Of a DNA stretch of 64,000 nt, positions 27,394 through 43,950 are shown piece by piece. Location of the stretch: NCBI RefSeq assembly GCF_009914755.1, contig NC_060943.1. One strand, written 5' to 3'. Each line of letters begins with the position of its first letter. The stretch's first letter is position 1. A model generated the notes under the pieces. It made no database searches. It was not told the origin of the DNA and was given only the letters and a program-made list of their open reading frames with translations. The position numbers and the translations under genes were made by a program. This DNA comes from the human T2T-CHM13v2.0 reference genome, Homo sapiens.

Positions 27394-29179
27394 CTATCTC
27401 ATGTCTATACATTTATTTCAATGGATAAGAATAAAAGTAGAGGTAGTGAAATAGCTCAGGTTTGTCATTCAAATAAACAAGTTGATAAATTCTAAAGAAT
27501 TTCTCTTGGTTACTGTGAATTGAAGCTGAGAGTGTGTGGGACAGGAGAAGGTGGCAAGAGGCAGGTAAGGAACCAGGCATTAAGCATAGGGTGATAAGGA
27601 GTGTTACAGCAGAATAGCTTTAAAAAAAGTTTGTGAGCACAGAATTTCTCATTTTGTGTTGATTACCATGACCATTAAATTTTTATTTCAATTTGTCTTT
27701 TTAATTGTATTTGTGTGGAATTCAATAAAACAATAAGCAAAATCTCAATTTCATCATTTGCCTATTAACTTTTCATAGGAACACAGCAAAGCACCAAATG
27801 ATAAAAGTATAGACACATTGAAAGTTTGCTTCTAAAATCTTTATTTGAGACAATTTTATATTGGTACTCCTGGAAACTGAGAAATTTCTACTTAGATGTG
27901 AAACATTTTGGTTTTTTTTCAATGAGGAATTAAATTATTTCGGTTGTTTAGAAAAAATTAGACACAAGTTATGCTTTACTTTTGTCTTCTCTCCTGAAAC
28001 ATTTCAGAAGAACGAGATTTATTTAAGGCATTTCAGAAAGCTGTTTCTAAGAACCTGGAATAGATTTCAGATTACTCAAAAGTGTTTTTTACTACCTTAC
28101 CTTCATTTAGCAGCCTAGCTAATGTAACTCAAGGTAGTAACTGTAACACAAAGTAAGGTACTGTGATCTTATTATCCAGTTTCACTGTTACTCACCAATT
28201 TTTCATGCAGCCTTTTATGTTCTGACTTTAGAAGCTTTACTAATTTGGGAGGTAAAGGTGCTCTCCAGTGACCCATTTCTTTCCCCTACCCTAGCGGTGA
28301 GGGAAGGAAAGAATGGACAATATGAAGTGAAAAAGCCTCTGAGCAACAGACTTGTCCTCTTTTCAGTAGCTATTTTAAGCCCTCCTTTCCAATGTGTTTA
28401 ATGGAAAACATACAGAAAATACAGAAAAGTAATTTGTTCTACTCAGAATACTCAAAGCTAATATTCATTATGATTCTGATATTGATTCTTTCTTAATCTT
28501 TATGCATGTGAATATAACATTTCTTCAAAAACAAGATTACTGTATATGTGCTGCTTCCTAACTTTTACCTAACACAGTGAAATAATGACATAAGTTCCTG
28601 AAACAGTGCTTGACATCTAGAGAGCACTCCAGGATGTCTTTCCATGCCTGTGCACCTGCACCCTGTTCTACCTCATGCCTTCTAATAGAATATTGGTATA
28701 CCATGGACTGGTTGGAGCATTACTTATTTACTTGTCATTTATGACTGTATATCTTTTATAGTAACATCATACACAGTTCCATTTTGTTTGATCATGCGGA
28801 CACAGATAAAAAATGTACTTTGATAACTGATGCATTGTACCTCCCTATAAAATTCAGATGGTATATTTTTGTCTCAGAACATAAATCAATGGGATGAGTC
28901 ATTTTGTAGTTAGGGTAGTTTAGTATTAAATGTTCCTTTGCCAAACTGAAGTTAACCATTGACTATTCACTGGATATTAGCATTTCTCATTAAAGTTTTT
29001 GTGATTCTTGGTAGCTCTTTTGCAGTTCCTGGCAGTTCTGAATAGCTGCCCCTTTAAGAGTTCTGATGCTGTCTTAGATGACCAATCAGGAGACAGCACT
29101 AGAAGAAATCTTAGAAGATGTGGGAAAACTGGGAGAACTTAACTAGTTTTAGGTATACTGAAACATATGTAATGAGCAT

Positions 29180-29830
29180 ATGTGTTCCAGATGCAGGGCA
29201 AATGGTACTACACAAGACAGACTGCCCATCCTAACTCTGAACCTTACATTCTAGAGGGAGCTAGGGATCAATAGCACTTGAATAATCAAGAATGTGAGGT
29301 GGTGAAATGTTTAGAAGAAAGTAAAACAGAGCAATGGATTGAAGAGGAGGGCAGTTTTACAGTAGGGAAGGAGGCAGAAGTTGGCTGCTTTCCTTAGGTG
29401 ACATGCGAGCAGTTCTAAAAGTGAGGGGAAACTTGTGAGGATGTGGAGAGCTTCCACACAGAGGAATAGCTGCTTTTGAGTTCCTTAAATGGAAGCAAAC
29501 TTGGTTTGACCAAAGGACAAAAAAACACAAGGGTGGCTGCAGCAGATTGAAAGACAGGCCAGGTGGTTAAGACCTTACAGAAAGACACAAGGATGGCTGC
29601 AGCAGAGTGAAAGGCAGACCAGGTGGGTTAAGACCTTGTATGCAATATGAGCCTTGACAAAGATTATAGACTTTGTGATGAGAAGCCATTGGAGGAATAT
29701 AGCCCAGGGAATACTGATAGTTCTTTAAGAAAAAGATCAGATTAGCTGCTCTGTGAGAATATGCTGGGATGCAGGTGAGGGTGGAAGGAGGCAGACCAGC
29801 TAGGAAGCTGATGGAGTGGTTCAGATGAGA
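29180..29830. mobile_element. Diverged L2 fragments containing a ~59-bp tandem duplication (29525-29638)
   Basis: ccttacattctagagg..gtgacat.cgagcag..agaagccattggagg..aaaagatca motifs. Confidence 0.55.
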
Positions 29831-29899
29831 CTCAACAGTGAACAGAAAAATAAGAAGGACCTGAAATAGGCTGACTTGAAGAAATTAAGTGAATCCGGA

Positions 29900-30146
29900 A
29901 GTAGGTAACAAAGTGATCAATAGACAAGTCACAAAAAAATGCAGATAATCTTTAAACACATCTTAACACATAAGAGAAATGCAAATGAAAACTATGCTGC
30001 AGTTTCTCTCTTATTGGGAGAAATTTCAAAAACTTTCCAATACATTCTTTGGTATGGCTGTGAAGGAAGTTGTGTCCATATGTTGCTGGTGGAAATGCAA
30101 AGTGGCTCAGCTCCATAAAGAAAACTTTGACATAATCTTACAGCAT
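29900..30146 (+). mobile_element. Old L1ME-like fragment (continues at 37519-37775 after the L1PA insertion)
   Basis: agagaaatgcaaatgaaaact..tgctggtggaaatgcaaa; resumes with ccagaaattctact..aatattggaaataactcaaatgtc. Confidence 0.65.
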
Positions 30147-31095
30147 TGCAAATGCATTTATTTATTTATTTTATTATACTTTAAGTTCAAGGGTACATGT
30201 GCCCATATGCAGGTTTGATACATAGGTATACATGTACCATGTTGCTTTGCTGCACCCATCAACTCGTCATTTACTTTAGGTATTTCTCCTAATGCTATCC
30301 CTCTCCCAGGCCCCCACCCCGCAACAGGCCCTGGTGTGTGATGTTCCCCATCCTGTGTCCAAGTGTTCTCATTGTTCAATTCCCACCTATGAGTGAGAAC
30401 ATGCGGTGTTCGGTTTTTTGTCCTTGCAATAGTTTGCTGAGAATGATGGTTTCCAGCTTCGTCCATGTCCCTACAAAGGACATGAACTCATCCTTTTTTA
30501 TGGCTGCATAATATTTCATGGTGTATATGTACCATATTTTCTTAATTCAATCTAGTATTGATGGACATTTGGGTTGGTTCCAAGTCTTTGCTATTGTGAA
30601 TAGTGCTGCAATAAACATATGTGTGCATGTGTTTTTATAGTAGAATGATTTATAATCCTTTGGGTATATACCCAGTAATGGGATTGCAGGGCCAAATGGT
30701 ATTTCTAGTTCTAGATCCTTGAGGAATTGCCACACTGTCTTCCACAATGGTTGAACTGGTTTACAGTCCCACCAACAGTATAAAAGTGTTCCTATTTCTC
30801 CGCATCCTCTCCAGCATCTGTTGTTTCCTGAATTTTTAATGATCACCATTCTAACTGGCATGAGATGGTATCTCGTGGTTTTGAGTTGCATTTCTCAGAT
30901 GACCAGTGATGATGAGCATTTTTTCATGTGTCTGTTGGCTGCATAAACGTCTTCTTTTGAGAAATGTCTGTTTATATCCTTTGCCCACTTTTTGATGGGG
31001 TCGTTTGTTTTTTTCTTGTAAATTTGTTTAAGTTCTTTGTAGATTCTGGATATTAGCCCTTTGCCAGATGGGTAGATTGCAAAAATTTTCTCCTA

Positions 31096-33007
<1,912 letters not shown>

Positions 33008-36000
33008 TTCTTCCATTTGTTTGTGTACTCTTTTATTTCATTGAGCAGTGGTTTGTAGTTCTCCTTGAAGAGGTCCTTCACTTCCTTTGTAAGTTGGATT
33101 CCTAGGTATTTTATTCTCTTTGTAGCAATTGTGAATGGGAGTTCACTAATGATTTGGCTCTCTGTTTGTCTGTTATTGGTGTATAGGAATGCTTGTGATT
33201 TTTGCACATTGATTTTGTATCCTGAGACTTTGCTGAAGCTGCTTATCAGCTCAAGGAGATTTTGGGTTGAGATAATGAGGTTTTCTAAATATATAATCAT
33301 GTCATCTGCAAACAGGGACAATTTGACTTCCTCTTTTCCTAATTGAATACCCTTTATTTCTTTCTCTTGCCTGATTGCCCTGGCCAGAATTTCCAACACT
33401 GTGTTGAATAGGAATGGTGAGAGAGAGCATCCTTGTCTTGTGTTGATTTTCAAAGGGAATGCTTCCAGTTTTTGCCTATTCAGTATGATATTGGCTGTGG
33501 GTTTGTCATAAATACCTCTTATTATTTTGAGATATGTTCCATCAATATCTCGTTTATTGAGAGTTCTTAGCATGAAGGGCTATTGAATTTTGTCAAAGGC
33601 CTTTTCTGGATCTATTGGGATAATCATATGTTTTTTGTCATTGGTTCTGTTTATGTGATGGATTACGTTTATTGATTTGCATAAGTTGAACCAGCCTTGC
33701 ATCCCAGGGAAGAAGCCAACTTGATCGTGGTGGATAAGCTTTTTGATGTGCTGCTGGATTTGGTTTGCCAGTATTTTATTGAGGATTTTCACATCCATGT
33801 TCATCAGGGATATTGGTGTGAAATTCTCTTTTTCTGTTGTGTCTCTGCCAGGCTTTGGTATCAGGACGATGCTGGCCTCATGAGTTACGGAGGACTGCCT
33901 CCTTTTCTATTGATTGGAATAGTTTCAGAAGGAATGGTACCACCTCCTCTTTGTACCTACGGTAGAATTCAGCTGTAAATCCATATGGTCCTGGACTATT
34001 TTTATTGGTAGACTATTAATTATTGCCTCAATTTCAGAGCCTGTTATTGGTCTATTCAGAGATTCAATTTCTTCCTGGTTTAGTCTTGGGAGGGTGTATG
34101 TGTCGAGAAATTTATCCATTTCTTCTAGATTTTTTAGTTTGTTTGTGTAGAGGTGTTTCTAGTATTCTCTGATGGCAGTTTGTATTTCTGTGGGATCAGT
34201 GGTCATATCCCCTTTATCATTTTTTATTGCGTCTATTTTATTCTTCTCTCTTTTCTTCTTTACTAGTCTTGCTAGTGGTCTATTAATTTTGTTGATCTTT
34301 TCAAAAAACCAGCTCCTAGATTCATTGATTTTTTCAAGGGTTTTTCATGTGTCTATCTCTTTCAGTTCTCCCCTGATCTTAGTTATTTCTTGCCTTCTGC
34401 TAGCTTATGAATTTGTTTGCTCTTGCTTCTCTAGTTCTTGATGTTAGGGTGTCGATTTTAGAGCTTTCCTGCTTTCTCTTGTGGGGATTTAGTGCTATAA
34501 ATTTCCCTCTACACACTGCTTTAAACATGTCCCTGATATTCTGGTACATTGTGTCTCTGTTCTCATTGGTTTCAAAGAACATCTTTATTTCTGCCTTCAT
34601 TTTGTTATTTACTCAGTAGTCACTCAGGAGCAGTTTCTTCAGTTTCCATGTAGTTGTGCAGTTTTGAGTGAGTTTCTCAATCCTGAGTTCTAATTTGATT
34701 GCACTGTGGTGTGAAAGACAGTTTGTTGTGACTTCTGTTCTTTTACATTTGCTGAGGAATGCTTTACTTCCAATTATCAGGTCAATTTTAGAATAAGTGC
34801 CATGTGGTGCTCAGGATGTATATTCTGTTGATTTTGGGTGGAAAGTTCTGTAGATGTCTGTTAGGTCTGCTTGGTGCAGAGCCGAGTTCAATTCCTGGAT
34901 ATCCTTGTTAACCTTCTGTCTTGTTGATCTGTCTAATATTGACAGTGGGCTTTTAAAGTCTCCCATTATAATTGTGTGGGAGTCTAAGTCTCTTTGTAGG
35001 TCTCTAAGGACTTGCTTTATGAATCTGGGTGCTCCTGTATTGGGTGCATATATAGGATAGTTAGCTCTTCTTGTTGAATTGATCCCTTTACCATTATGTA
35101 ATGGCCTTCTTTGTCTCTTTTAATCTTTGTTGGTTTAAAGTCTGTTTTATCAGAGACTAGGATTGCAACCGCTGCTTTTTTTGTTTTCCATTTCCTTGGT
35201 AGATTTTCCTCCATCCCTTTATTTTAATCCTTTGTGTGTCTCTGCACATGAGATGGGTTTCCTGGATACAGCACACTGATGGGTCTTGACTCTTTATCCA
35301 ATTTGCCAGTCTGTGTCTTTTAATTGGGGCTTTTAGCCTATTTACATTTAAGGTTAATATTGTTATGTGTGAATTTGTTCCTGTCATTATGATGTTAGCT
35401 GGTTTATTTTGCATCATTAGTTGATGCAGTTTCTTCATAGCATGAATGGTCTTTACAATTGGCATGTTTTTGTGGTAGCTGGTACTGGTTAATTCTTTCC
35501 ATGTTTAGTGCTTTCTTCAGGAGCTCTTGTAAGGCAGGCTGGATGGTGACAATCTCTCTCAGCATTTGCTTGTCTGTAAAGGATTTTATTTCTCCTTCAC
35601 TTATGAAGCTTAGTTTGGCTGGATATGAAATTCTGGGTTGAAAATTCTTTTCTTTAAGAATGTTGAATATTGGCCCCCACTCCCTTCTGGCTTGTAGAAT
35701 TTCTGCTGAGAGTTCAGCTGTTAGTCTGATGGGCTTCCCTTTGTGGGTAACCTGACCTTTCTCTCTGGCTGCCCTTAACATTTTTTCCTTCATTTCAACT
35801 TTGGTGAATCTGGCAATTATGTGTCTTGGAGTTGCTCTTCTCGAAGAGTATCTTTGTGGTGTTTTCTGTATTTCCTGAATTTGAATGTTGGCCTGCCTTG
35901 CTAGGTTGGGGAAGTTCTCATGGATGATATCCTGAAGAATGTTTTCCAGCTTGGTTCCTTCTCCCTGTCACTTTCAGGTACACCAATCAAACATAGATTT

Positions 36001-37063
36001 GGTCTCTTCACATAGTCCCATATTTCTTGAAGGCTTTGTTCATTTCTTTTTACTCTTTTTTCTCTAACCTTGTCTTCTCTCTTTATTTCATTAATTTGAT
36101 CTTCAGTCACTGATACCCTTCCATCCTCTTGATCGAATTGGCTATTGGAGCTTGTGCATGCATCACTAAGTTCTCATACCATAGTTTTCGACCCCATCAG
36201 GTCATTTAAGGTCTTCTCTACACTTAGCCATTTGTCTAACCTTTTTTCAAGGTTTTTAGCTTCCTTGCAATGGGTTTGAACATGCTCCTTTAGCTCAGAG
36301 TAGTTTGTTATTACCAATCTTCTGAAGCCTACTTCCATCAATTCATCAAAGTCATTCTCCATCCAGCTTTGTCCCATTGCTGGCAAGGAGCAGCAATCTT
36401 TTGGAAGATAAGAGGCACTCTGGTTTTTAGAATTTTCAGCTTTTCTGTTCTGGTTTCTCCCCATCTTTGTGGTTTTATCTTCCTTTGGTGTTTGACGCTG
36501 GTGACCTACAGGTAGGGTTTTGGTGTAGATGTCCTTTTTGTTTATGTTGGTGCTATTCCTTTCTCTGTGTTAGTTTTCCTTCTAATAGTCAGTTCCCTCA
36601 GCTGCAGGTCTGTTGGAGTTTGCTGGAGGTCCACTCCAGACCCTGTTTGTCTGGGTATCACCAGTGGAGGCTGCAGAACAACAAATATTGCAGAGCAGCA
36701 AATATTGCTGCCTAATCCTTCCTCTGGAAGCTTTGTCTCAGAGGGGCACCTGGCTGTATGAGGTGTCGGTCAGCCCCTACTGGGAGGGGTCTCCAAGTTA
36801 GGCTACACAGGGGTCAGAGACCCACTTGAGGAGGCAGTCTGTCTGTTCTCAGAGCACAAACGTCGTGCTGGGAGAACCACTGCTCTCTTCAGAACTGTCA
36901 GACAGAGACGTTTAAGCCTGCAGAAGCTGTCTGCTGCCTTTTGTTCAGCTATGCCCTGCCCACAGAGGTGGAGTCTATAGAGGCAGTAGGCCTTACTGAG
37001 CTGAAGTGGGCTCCACCCAGTTCAAGCTTCCAGCCACTTTATTTACCTACTCAAGCCTCAGCA

Positions 37064-37360
37064 ATGGCGGATGCCCCTTCCCCAGCCGCGCTGCTGCCTC
37101 ACAGTTCGATCTCAGACTGCTGTGCTAGCAGTGAGCAAGGCTCCGTGGGTGTGGGACCCACCAAGCCAGGCATGGGAGAGAATCTCCTTGTCTGCCAGTT
37201 GCTAAGACCTTGGGAAAAGCACAGTATTTGGGCAGGAGTGTCCCATTTTTCCAGGTACAGTCTGTCATGGCTTCCCTTGGCTTGGAAAGGGAAATACCCT
37301 GGCCCCTTGAGCTTCCTGGGTGAGGTGATGCCCCGCCCTGCTTTGGCCCGCCCTCCGTGA
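37064..37360 (+). CDS. L1 ORF0 homologue (antisense ORF in the L1 5'UTR), 98 codons; expression unproven
   Basis: gcaATGg Kozak context; MADAPSPAALLPHSSISDCCASSEQGSVGVGPTKPG..FSR aligns to recalled L1HS ORF0 MAGAPPPASLPPCSLISDCCASNQRDSVGVGPSEPG..FSR. Confidence 0.5.
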   Translation: MADAPSPAALLPHSSISDCCASSEQGSVGVGPTKPGMGENLLVCQLLRPWEKHSIWAGVSHFSRYSLSWLPLAWKGKYPGPLSFLGEVMPRPALARPP

Positions 37361-37775
37361 GCTGCACCCACTGTCCAACCAGTGCCAATGAGATGAACCA
37401 GGTACCTCAGTTGGAAATGCAGAAATCACCCATATTCTGCGTCGATCACGCTGGGAGCTACAGCCCAGAGCTGTTCCTATTTGACCATCTTGGAACAGAT
37501 CCCCTGTAAATGCATTTAATCCAGAAATTCTACTGTGAATAATTTTTCCTGAAGGTGTATCCATGAATATAAAATAACATAAACACAAAATTTTTGTTCT
37601 ATTATTTTCAATAGCAAAATATTGGAAATAACTCAAATGTCTAGAAAGGGACTGATAAAATAAAGTGATACAACAATGCAAAGGAGAACTATGGAGTTGT
37701 AAAAGGAATGAAATCTCTCTTTACTGCTGTGGAGTGATTTCCAGGTTATATTATGTAAAAAAAAAAGCAATGAGG

Positions 37776-38234
<459 letters not shown>

Positions 38235-38669
38235 TCAAGATGTTATTTTGGCATTGGTTTTCCAGTGAATGCTAACCATTTATTTTTTGCTTTTGAGTTA
38301 ATTTGTGAAAGCTTTTCTTTGTAATTTATTGTTTATTTTTTAGCATATAGATTGCTCTTGCATTTCATTTGATCCTCATAATATTTTGAATTTGTTGATA
38401 TAAGAATTATACTTGTTTTACATGTGAGGACAAGGCCTCTGAGAAGTACAAATTAGGTTTTTCAAGGTTTGGATATATAAGACTTGGTAAACTGAGAGTG
38501 TAAATTCTACATAAGACTAGAATTTATAGAATGATTCATGAGTTTATTTGAATACCCTTTTTATTTTACTTTCTTAAAGTTTATCAAAGTAATTAGGCTT
38601 TAGAGTTAAAACTGTAATAGTCAGTGGTGAGAAATGAAAAGGAGGTACTTATAACCCAGAAGTGTTCTT

Positions 38670-38963
38670 CTTCTTTTAAAGACAGATTATTGCTCTCACT
38701 CAGGCTGGAGTGCAGTGGCACGATTGTAGCTCACTGCAGCCTTGAACTCCTGGGCTCAAGCAATTCTCCCACCTCAGAGCATCTGAAGTAGCTATGACTA
38801 TAAGCGTGTACCACTATGCCTGGCTAATTTTCAAAATATGTTTTATAGAGATGAGGGTCTCACTGTGTTGTCCTGCCTGGTCTCAAACTCCTGGTGTCAA
38901 GCAATTCTCCCACATTAACCTCCCAAAGTGTTGGGATTAGAGGCATGAGTCACCACAGCTGGC
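38670..38963 (-). mobile_element. AluJ
   Basis: Diverged Alu. Confidence 0.88.
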
Positions 38964-39020
38964 TCAGAAATGTTCTTAAAAGCCTAAGAAGTAGAGTTAA
39001 GTGCTCTTAAGACATATATA

Positions 39021-39343
<323 letters not shown>

Positions 39344-42300
39344 CTAATGTGAAATGTCACAGCTCAGTCACAGTCACTAAAACAGATCGAGGAGTTAAAA
39401 AGTTATGGCAAGACTGAGAACTGACATGGAGGAACAGCAGTGGTTAGGAAGCCCAAGGTGGGGTTGTCCGACCTGGGAAAGCAGAACCAAGGCATGAGTG
39501 AGCCTGAGATGGGCACAAAGGAGCTCCACGTGTGCCCTCAGGTGATACAGGCAGGCCAGCTCAAGGCTATCAGGTAGGTAGCATCTGATATGTGAAAAGT
39601 CTGGCCTTAGATAAAATCTCAAACTGCATCATAATTGAGAGACTTGGAATGTTTTTATGGGCCATAAAACTAATACCAGGTACAGTATAGGGATGATAGA
39701 GCAGGTCAGTAAATGCAGTAAGTCTTTACATAAACAGATGCTCAGCAGTGGGCTCAGAAAGTGTTGACGTATTTTATTTAATTGGGATATATGAAAATAA
39801 TATGTTGAAATTAATCTCTTTCTCTGAATATGCTCCTTCTGTCAGTTAATTCCTTCATTACTGCCCTCTCCCTTTTAATATTTTGACAGGAAAAATTATT
39901 TCTTGCATAATTTTACAAGTTTTACGTAAGTTTACAGTTGCATAACTTTAATACCTTTGGCCTTTAATAATGCATCTTACTTATTCTAAATTGCATACAT
40001 TGTTTTGTTACATTTTTAACATCTTTACAATTGAGATAGATCTTACGACTAATAGAATCTTAGAGAAAAACCGGTATTCAGTGTCAGCGAGTCTACAGAT
40101 TCCTTCCTCTGAGGGATGTTTACATTTAGACCTGAGCATAACTGTTTTTTAAGTCATACGTTTCCCCATCATTCTTTTATGCTGCCAGATCACGTTGTAA
40201 CTTAAATTGATAATACAAAAACACTGGGTCTTAAAATACAGTGATAGTTATAACCCCTAATCATGAGATCAAAATTATTTTCCTAGTTTCCTAGTTTCAA
40301 ACATTTTAGGAGGTTACAAAAATAATTTTGAAGGTATTCACATCAAGTTGTGTAGTTATTGTGTTTTTATCCTCTGGATGTCTCTAAATCTCCACAGGTG
40401 CCTGTTTATGGGGCCTAATATTTTATTTAATAGTTGGCAGTCTTTTGTGACAATGAAAAAAGAGTAGTGTGATTTCTCGACTCTCCTTAGGCTCTTGGGA
40501 AAAGAGTTAATGGAGAATGAAGAAATAACAGTGTATGTGTTTAAGTTTCTGTCTAATGGCTTAAGTGTCCATTCTATAAAATAGCAATATGTGGTATTTG
40601 TCATCAGCAGAAATTACAAGTTATATAGAAAATTGTGGTAGGCTATAGACATAAAATGAATATTTTCTGAAAACCCCATGCAAATAAACACTAGTAAATT
40701 CCTAGTGAATTCAGTACATACAGTATGTACAAATGATATGAAACTCATCAAAGTGGAAATAACATTGTTAACTATGGAAAAATGGTCAAAGTGTATAATC
40801 TAATAAACAAATATAAGTTAGAGCCTCAATAGTGTTCCTCCTTCACATCAGTAGGAATTTTTTTAAGTATCCAAAGCTGAACTAGAAGCTAAAACTGGTG
40901 TGATTTGAAGCACTGTGCCCTAATATGCCCATATCTTCTTTAGAAAGCAACTTAGCACTATATATTGATTCATGAAAACAATCTCACCTTTGTTCTAGTC
41001 ATTCCACTTTTGAAAATCTTTCCAAAGGATCTCTAAGAAAAAGTACAAGATACTATACATGAAGGTTTTCCTCATAAGAACAAAACTTTGTAAATGCCTA
41101 AATCACCGACAATAGGGCATTGGCTAAGTAAAGTATAGGAATAACACTTGATGAGCCAATATTTTCCAAAGGGGTCAAGGTCATTTGTAAGAAAATAAAA
41201 CATAAATGGTGTACTGCTTAGAGCTATTTTTTTACCATGCATAAGGAAAACAAAAAGTAATGGTTGTGAGTTTTAAACAAGGCATTATTTTGGCTCTTGC
41301 AAATTTCTGTTCTTGATAAGACATTTCTTAAAGAAGTAAGCAAGAGACTTTTACCTATTCCTGCCTTTAGTGTAATCATCAGTACTATCAGCAGTGCTGA
41401 CTAACCAAGTCTCTTACAATTGCCAGTTGAAGAAAATCTACCTCAAAATAGTTAAAAATGTTTATTGAAAAATTAACTTGCATAGCCAGGGAGTTAACAG
41501 GAGTCAGTGAGGCACTGCTTGACCAAGGAATCAAATGATATCCCCAGAACCTATCTCAGTTATGCTCTTCTCTGTTGATCTCTCCTGAAAATACCCTTCT
41601 CTTGATGGTAATGGGAGCCACTGGCAACTCCTGGTCAGCTACCAGTCCTGTGAGCCAGTTCATCCTTTCTCCTCTAGTTCTTGGGAAGTCCCAGATGAAC
41701 TGCGATTGACTGGCCAACCTCTCGGTCAGATGCCTAAAACCCCAGGAATGGGAGAGTGACAGCTTGTTACTTGGGCTGATCTTGTTTTATTTCCTGTATG
41801 TTTTCATTTCTTCTTGATTTTTGTATTGAAATACACAATAGCACATCTTGGTTTTATGTGTGGGGTATATGTGTATGGGCGTAAGCCTGCTACTTTTTGA
41901 ATCTTGTACATAATTTTCCTGGGCTTCCATGGAAAATTCCAAATTAAACATTATGACACAGGTACTGAAACATTATATGAGTTCTGCAAACATTACTTGT
42001 TATGTTTCACACTCAAATGATAATATATTTGCTTTTTTGATACAAAGTAGTCATGGACTTTTTCAGAAGCTTTAGGTTAGGGACGGCTATACAAGTCTCT
42101 TCCTGTCATGTTGTGCACAAACAATTTTATTTTTCCACATAGCTAACATTATATCATCAAATTTTCAAATATGTGGGAAAAAACTTGAAAATGACTTTTG
42201 TGTAAGTTTTTTACATAACAATAGTTTTCTCCCAGTAAACTTCAAATCATGGAGAAAAAGCAGATTTTTTAGCTATGTAATATTCTAGTGAGATGGCAGT

Positions 42301-43261
42301 ATTATTAAAATAGATGATTCGGATTTCTGCTAAATCAGAAACTCCTAAATTATTTTTATACTAGATTCTAACCACTTTAGTTGGAGGGAAGAAAAGGATC
42401 CTGGGTAGATAAATTTGTGAAATGCTGAGTTGGACATTATTCACTAACGGGCTGATTAGTTTTTACTGTACCACTGTGCACTTTGATTTTGTAAAAGCAA
42501 GGGATAGAGTGGATTGTGATTTGCCCACTAAAACCCTTTTTAAAAAGTAGAACAGTTACTAATATGTGATTTGGAAAATATTGCCTTAATTATTACTCTG
42601 AGTGGATCTTCACCTAGTTTCTTACAAGATTGCTTAAGATAAGTGGGTTGAGATGGACAGTGCTGAGGAGTGTCATAGGTTTTTATTGTTTTCCCTTATT
42701 ACACCTTTTATTATATGATGAAAATGTGTAATAAAAATTCAAGAATATTATTTTTAGTCTTGCTTAAATGGATTATCTCACTTTGGTGCAAGGTGGACTG
42801 TAAACAGACCTACCTTGACATACATAGGGCCAACATTTTTTAGAAGAAGGTCTAAGTAAGATCTGTTTCAAAAGTATTCTTGATGAAGTCCCAAATGAAT
42901 CATGTGTTGGAAAGAAGTGAGATTTTAGCTTTGGAAATGGAGGGCAAAAGTTAAAAATCATTTTCTGACATGAAAGTGTCCTTATAGATTAGAGCATTGA
43001 AATTTTTATGCAGTCCACTTAAATCTGCCATGATGAATTGCCCCTGAATAAATCACAGATAAGTAAATGAATTAGCCATGTTATTTTCTGAGGGATAGTG
43101 GCCAAAAAACAGCTCTTTATTTTAGCATGTTTGATATATTGAGCTAATGTCTGACAGTAATTTCACACAGCATCAGTTGCTGCTTGAGCCTATTCCTAAA
43201 ATGTGCTGCGAATATCAGTAGAGAGGCAAGTGATTATATTTTTATTTGATAAGTAGAAGTG

Positions 43262-43592
43262 GTAGATGCAGGAGGCAGATGAGGGGGAGGGTGTCCGGAG
43301 AATCTGTGACCTGCCTGTGCACTGGGAGAATGGGGTGGGGTCACGGGAAGTTTGCATCTTGTGCAGTGGGGAGGAGCCTGGCCTCTTCAGCTTGTGTGTG
43401 GTGGCCTGGTATTCAGTCTGTGAGTTGGGAGCCCGCTGGAAGGATCCCCTCTCGCTTTTCTGAGATTTTTTGTTCCTTTTTGCCAAATAAATTCTGTTCT
43501 ACTCACCCTTCAATGTGTCCTTGAGACTAATCTTTCTTGGTCGTGTGACAAGAACCTGGTTTTAGCTGAACTAAGGAGCAGAGTTTTGCAGC
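43262..43592 (+). mobile_element. ERV1-class solo LTR (MER61-like)
   Basis: GC-rich U3, AATAAA at 43486, U5 ..gtgacaagaacctggttttagctgaactaaggagc..; subfamily from recall only. Confidence 0.7.
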
Positions 43593-43875
43593 AGAAGGAG
43601 CAGGGCATGTATATGACTTCTCTTTTGCATTAGATTATTTAGTTTTAGTCTTTTTGAAAGTCCTTGACATAGCCCAGTTTTATTCCATATGTATACAGAG
43701 AGGCTATAATTTTGCATTCCCAAGTAGAATTATTATATTTTTGCCTTTATTTCCTTCATATTTATTACTAGAAACTTTTTTCAGGACTATTTAAAATGAT
43801 TGAAATGAATGTGTAGCTACTTTAAAAATCATTTTTTCTATTCGCATAAATTATCACATTTTTTTTTCTCTGTAG

Positions 43876-43950
43876 ATAGAGCTTTGGAGCCAAACCCTTC
43901 TGATGATCCAAGGGCAAGCACAGTCTTCTTGCAAAAATCTCAAACAGATG
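43876..43950 (+). pseudogene. CCNYL-like exon 2 (DRALEPNPSDDPRASTVFLQKSQTD)
   Basis: ctgtag / gtgaga, 75 nt, open. Confidence 0.93.
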
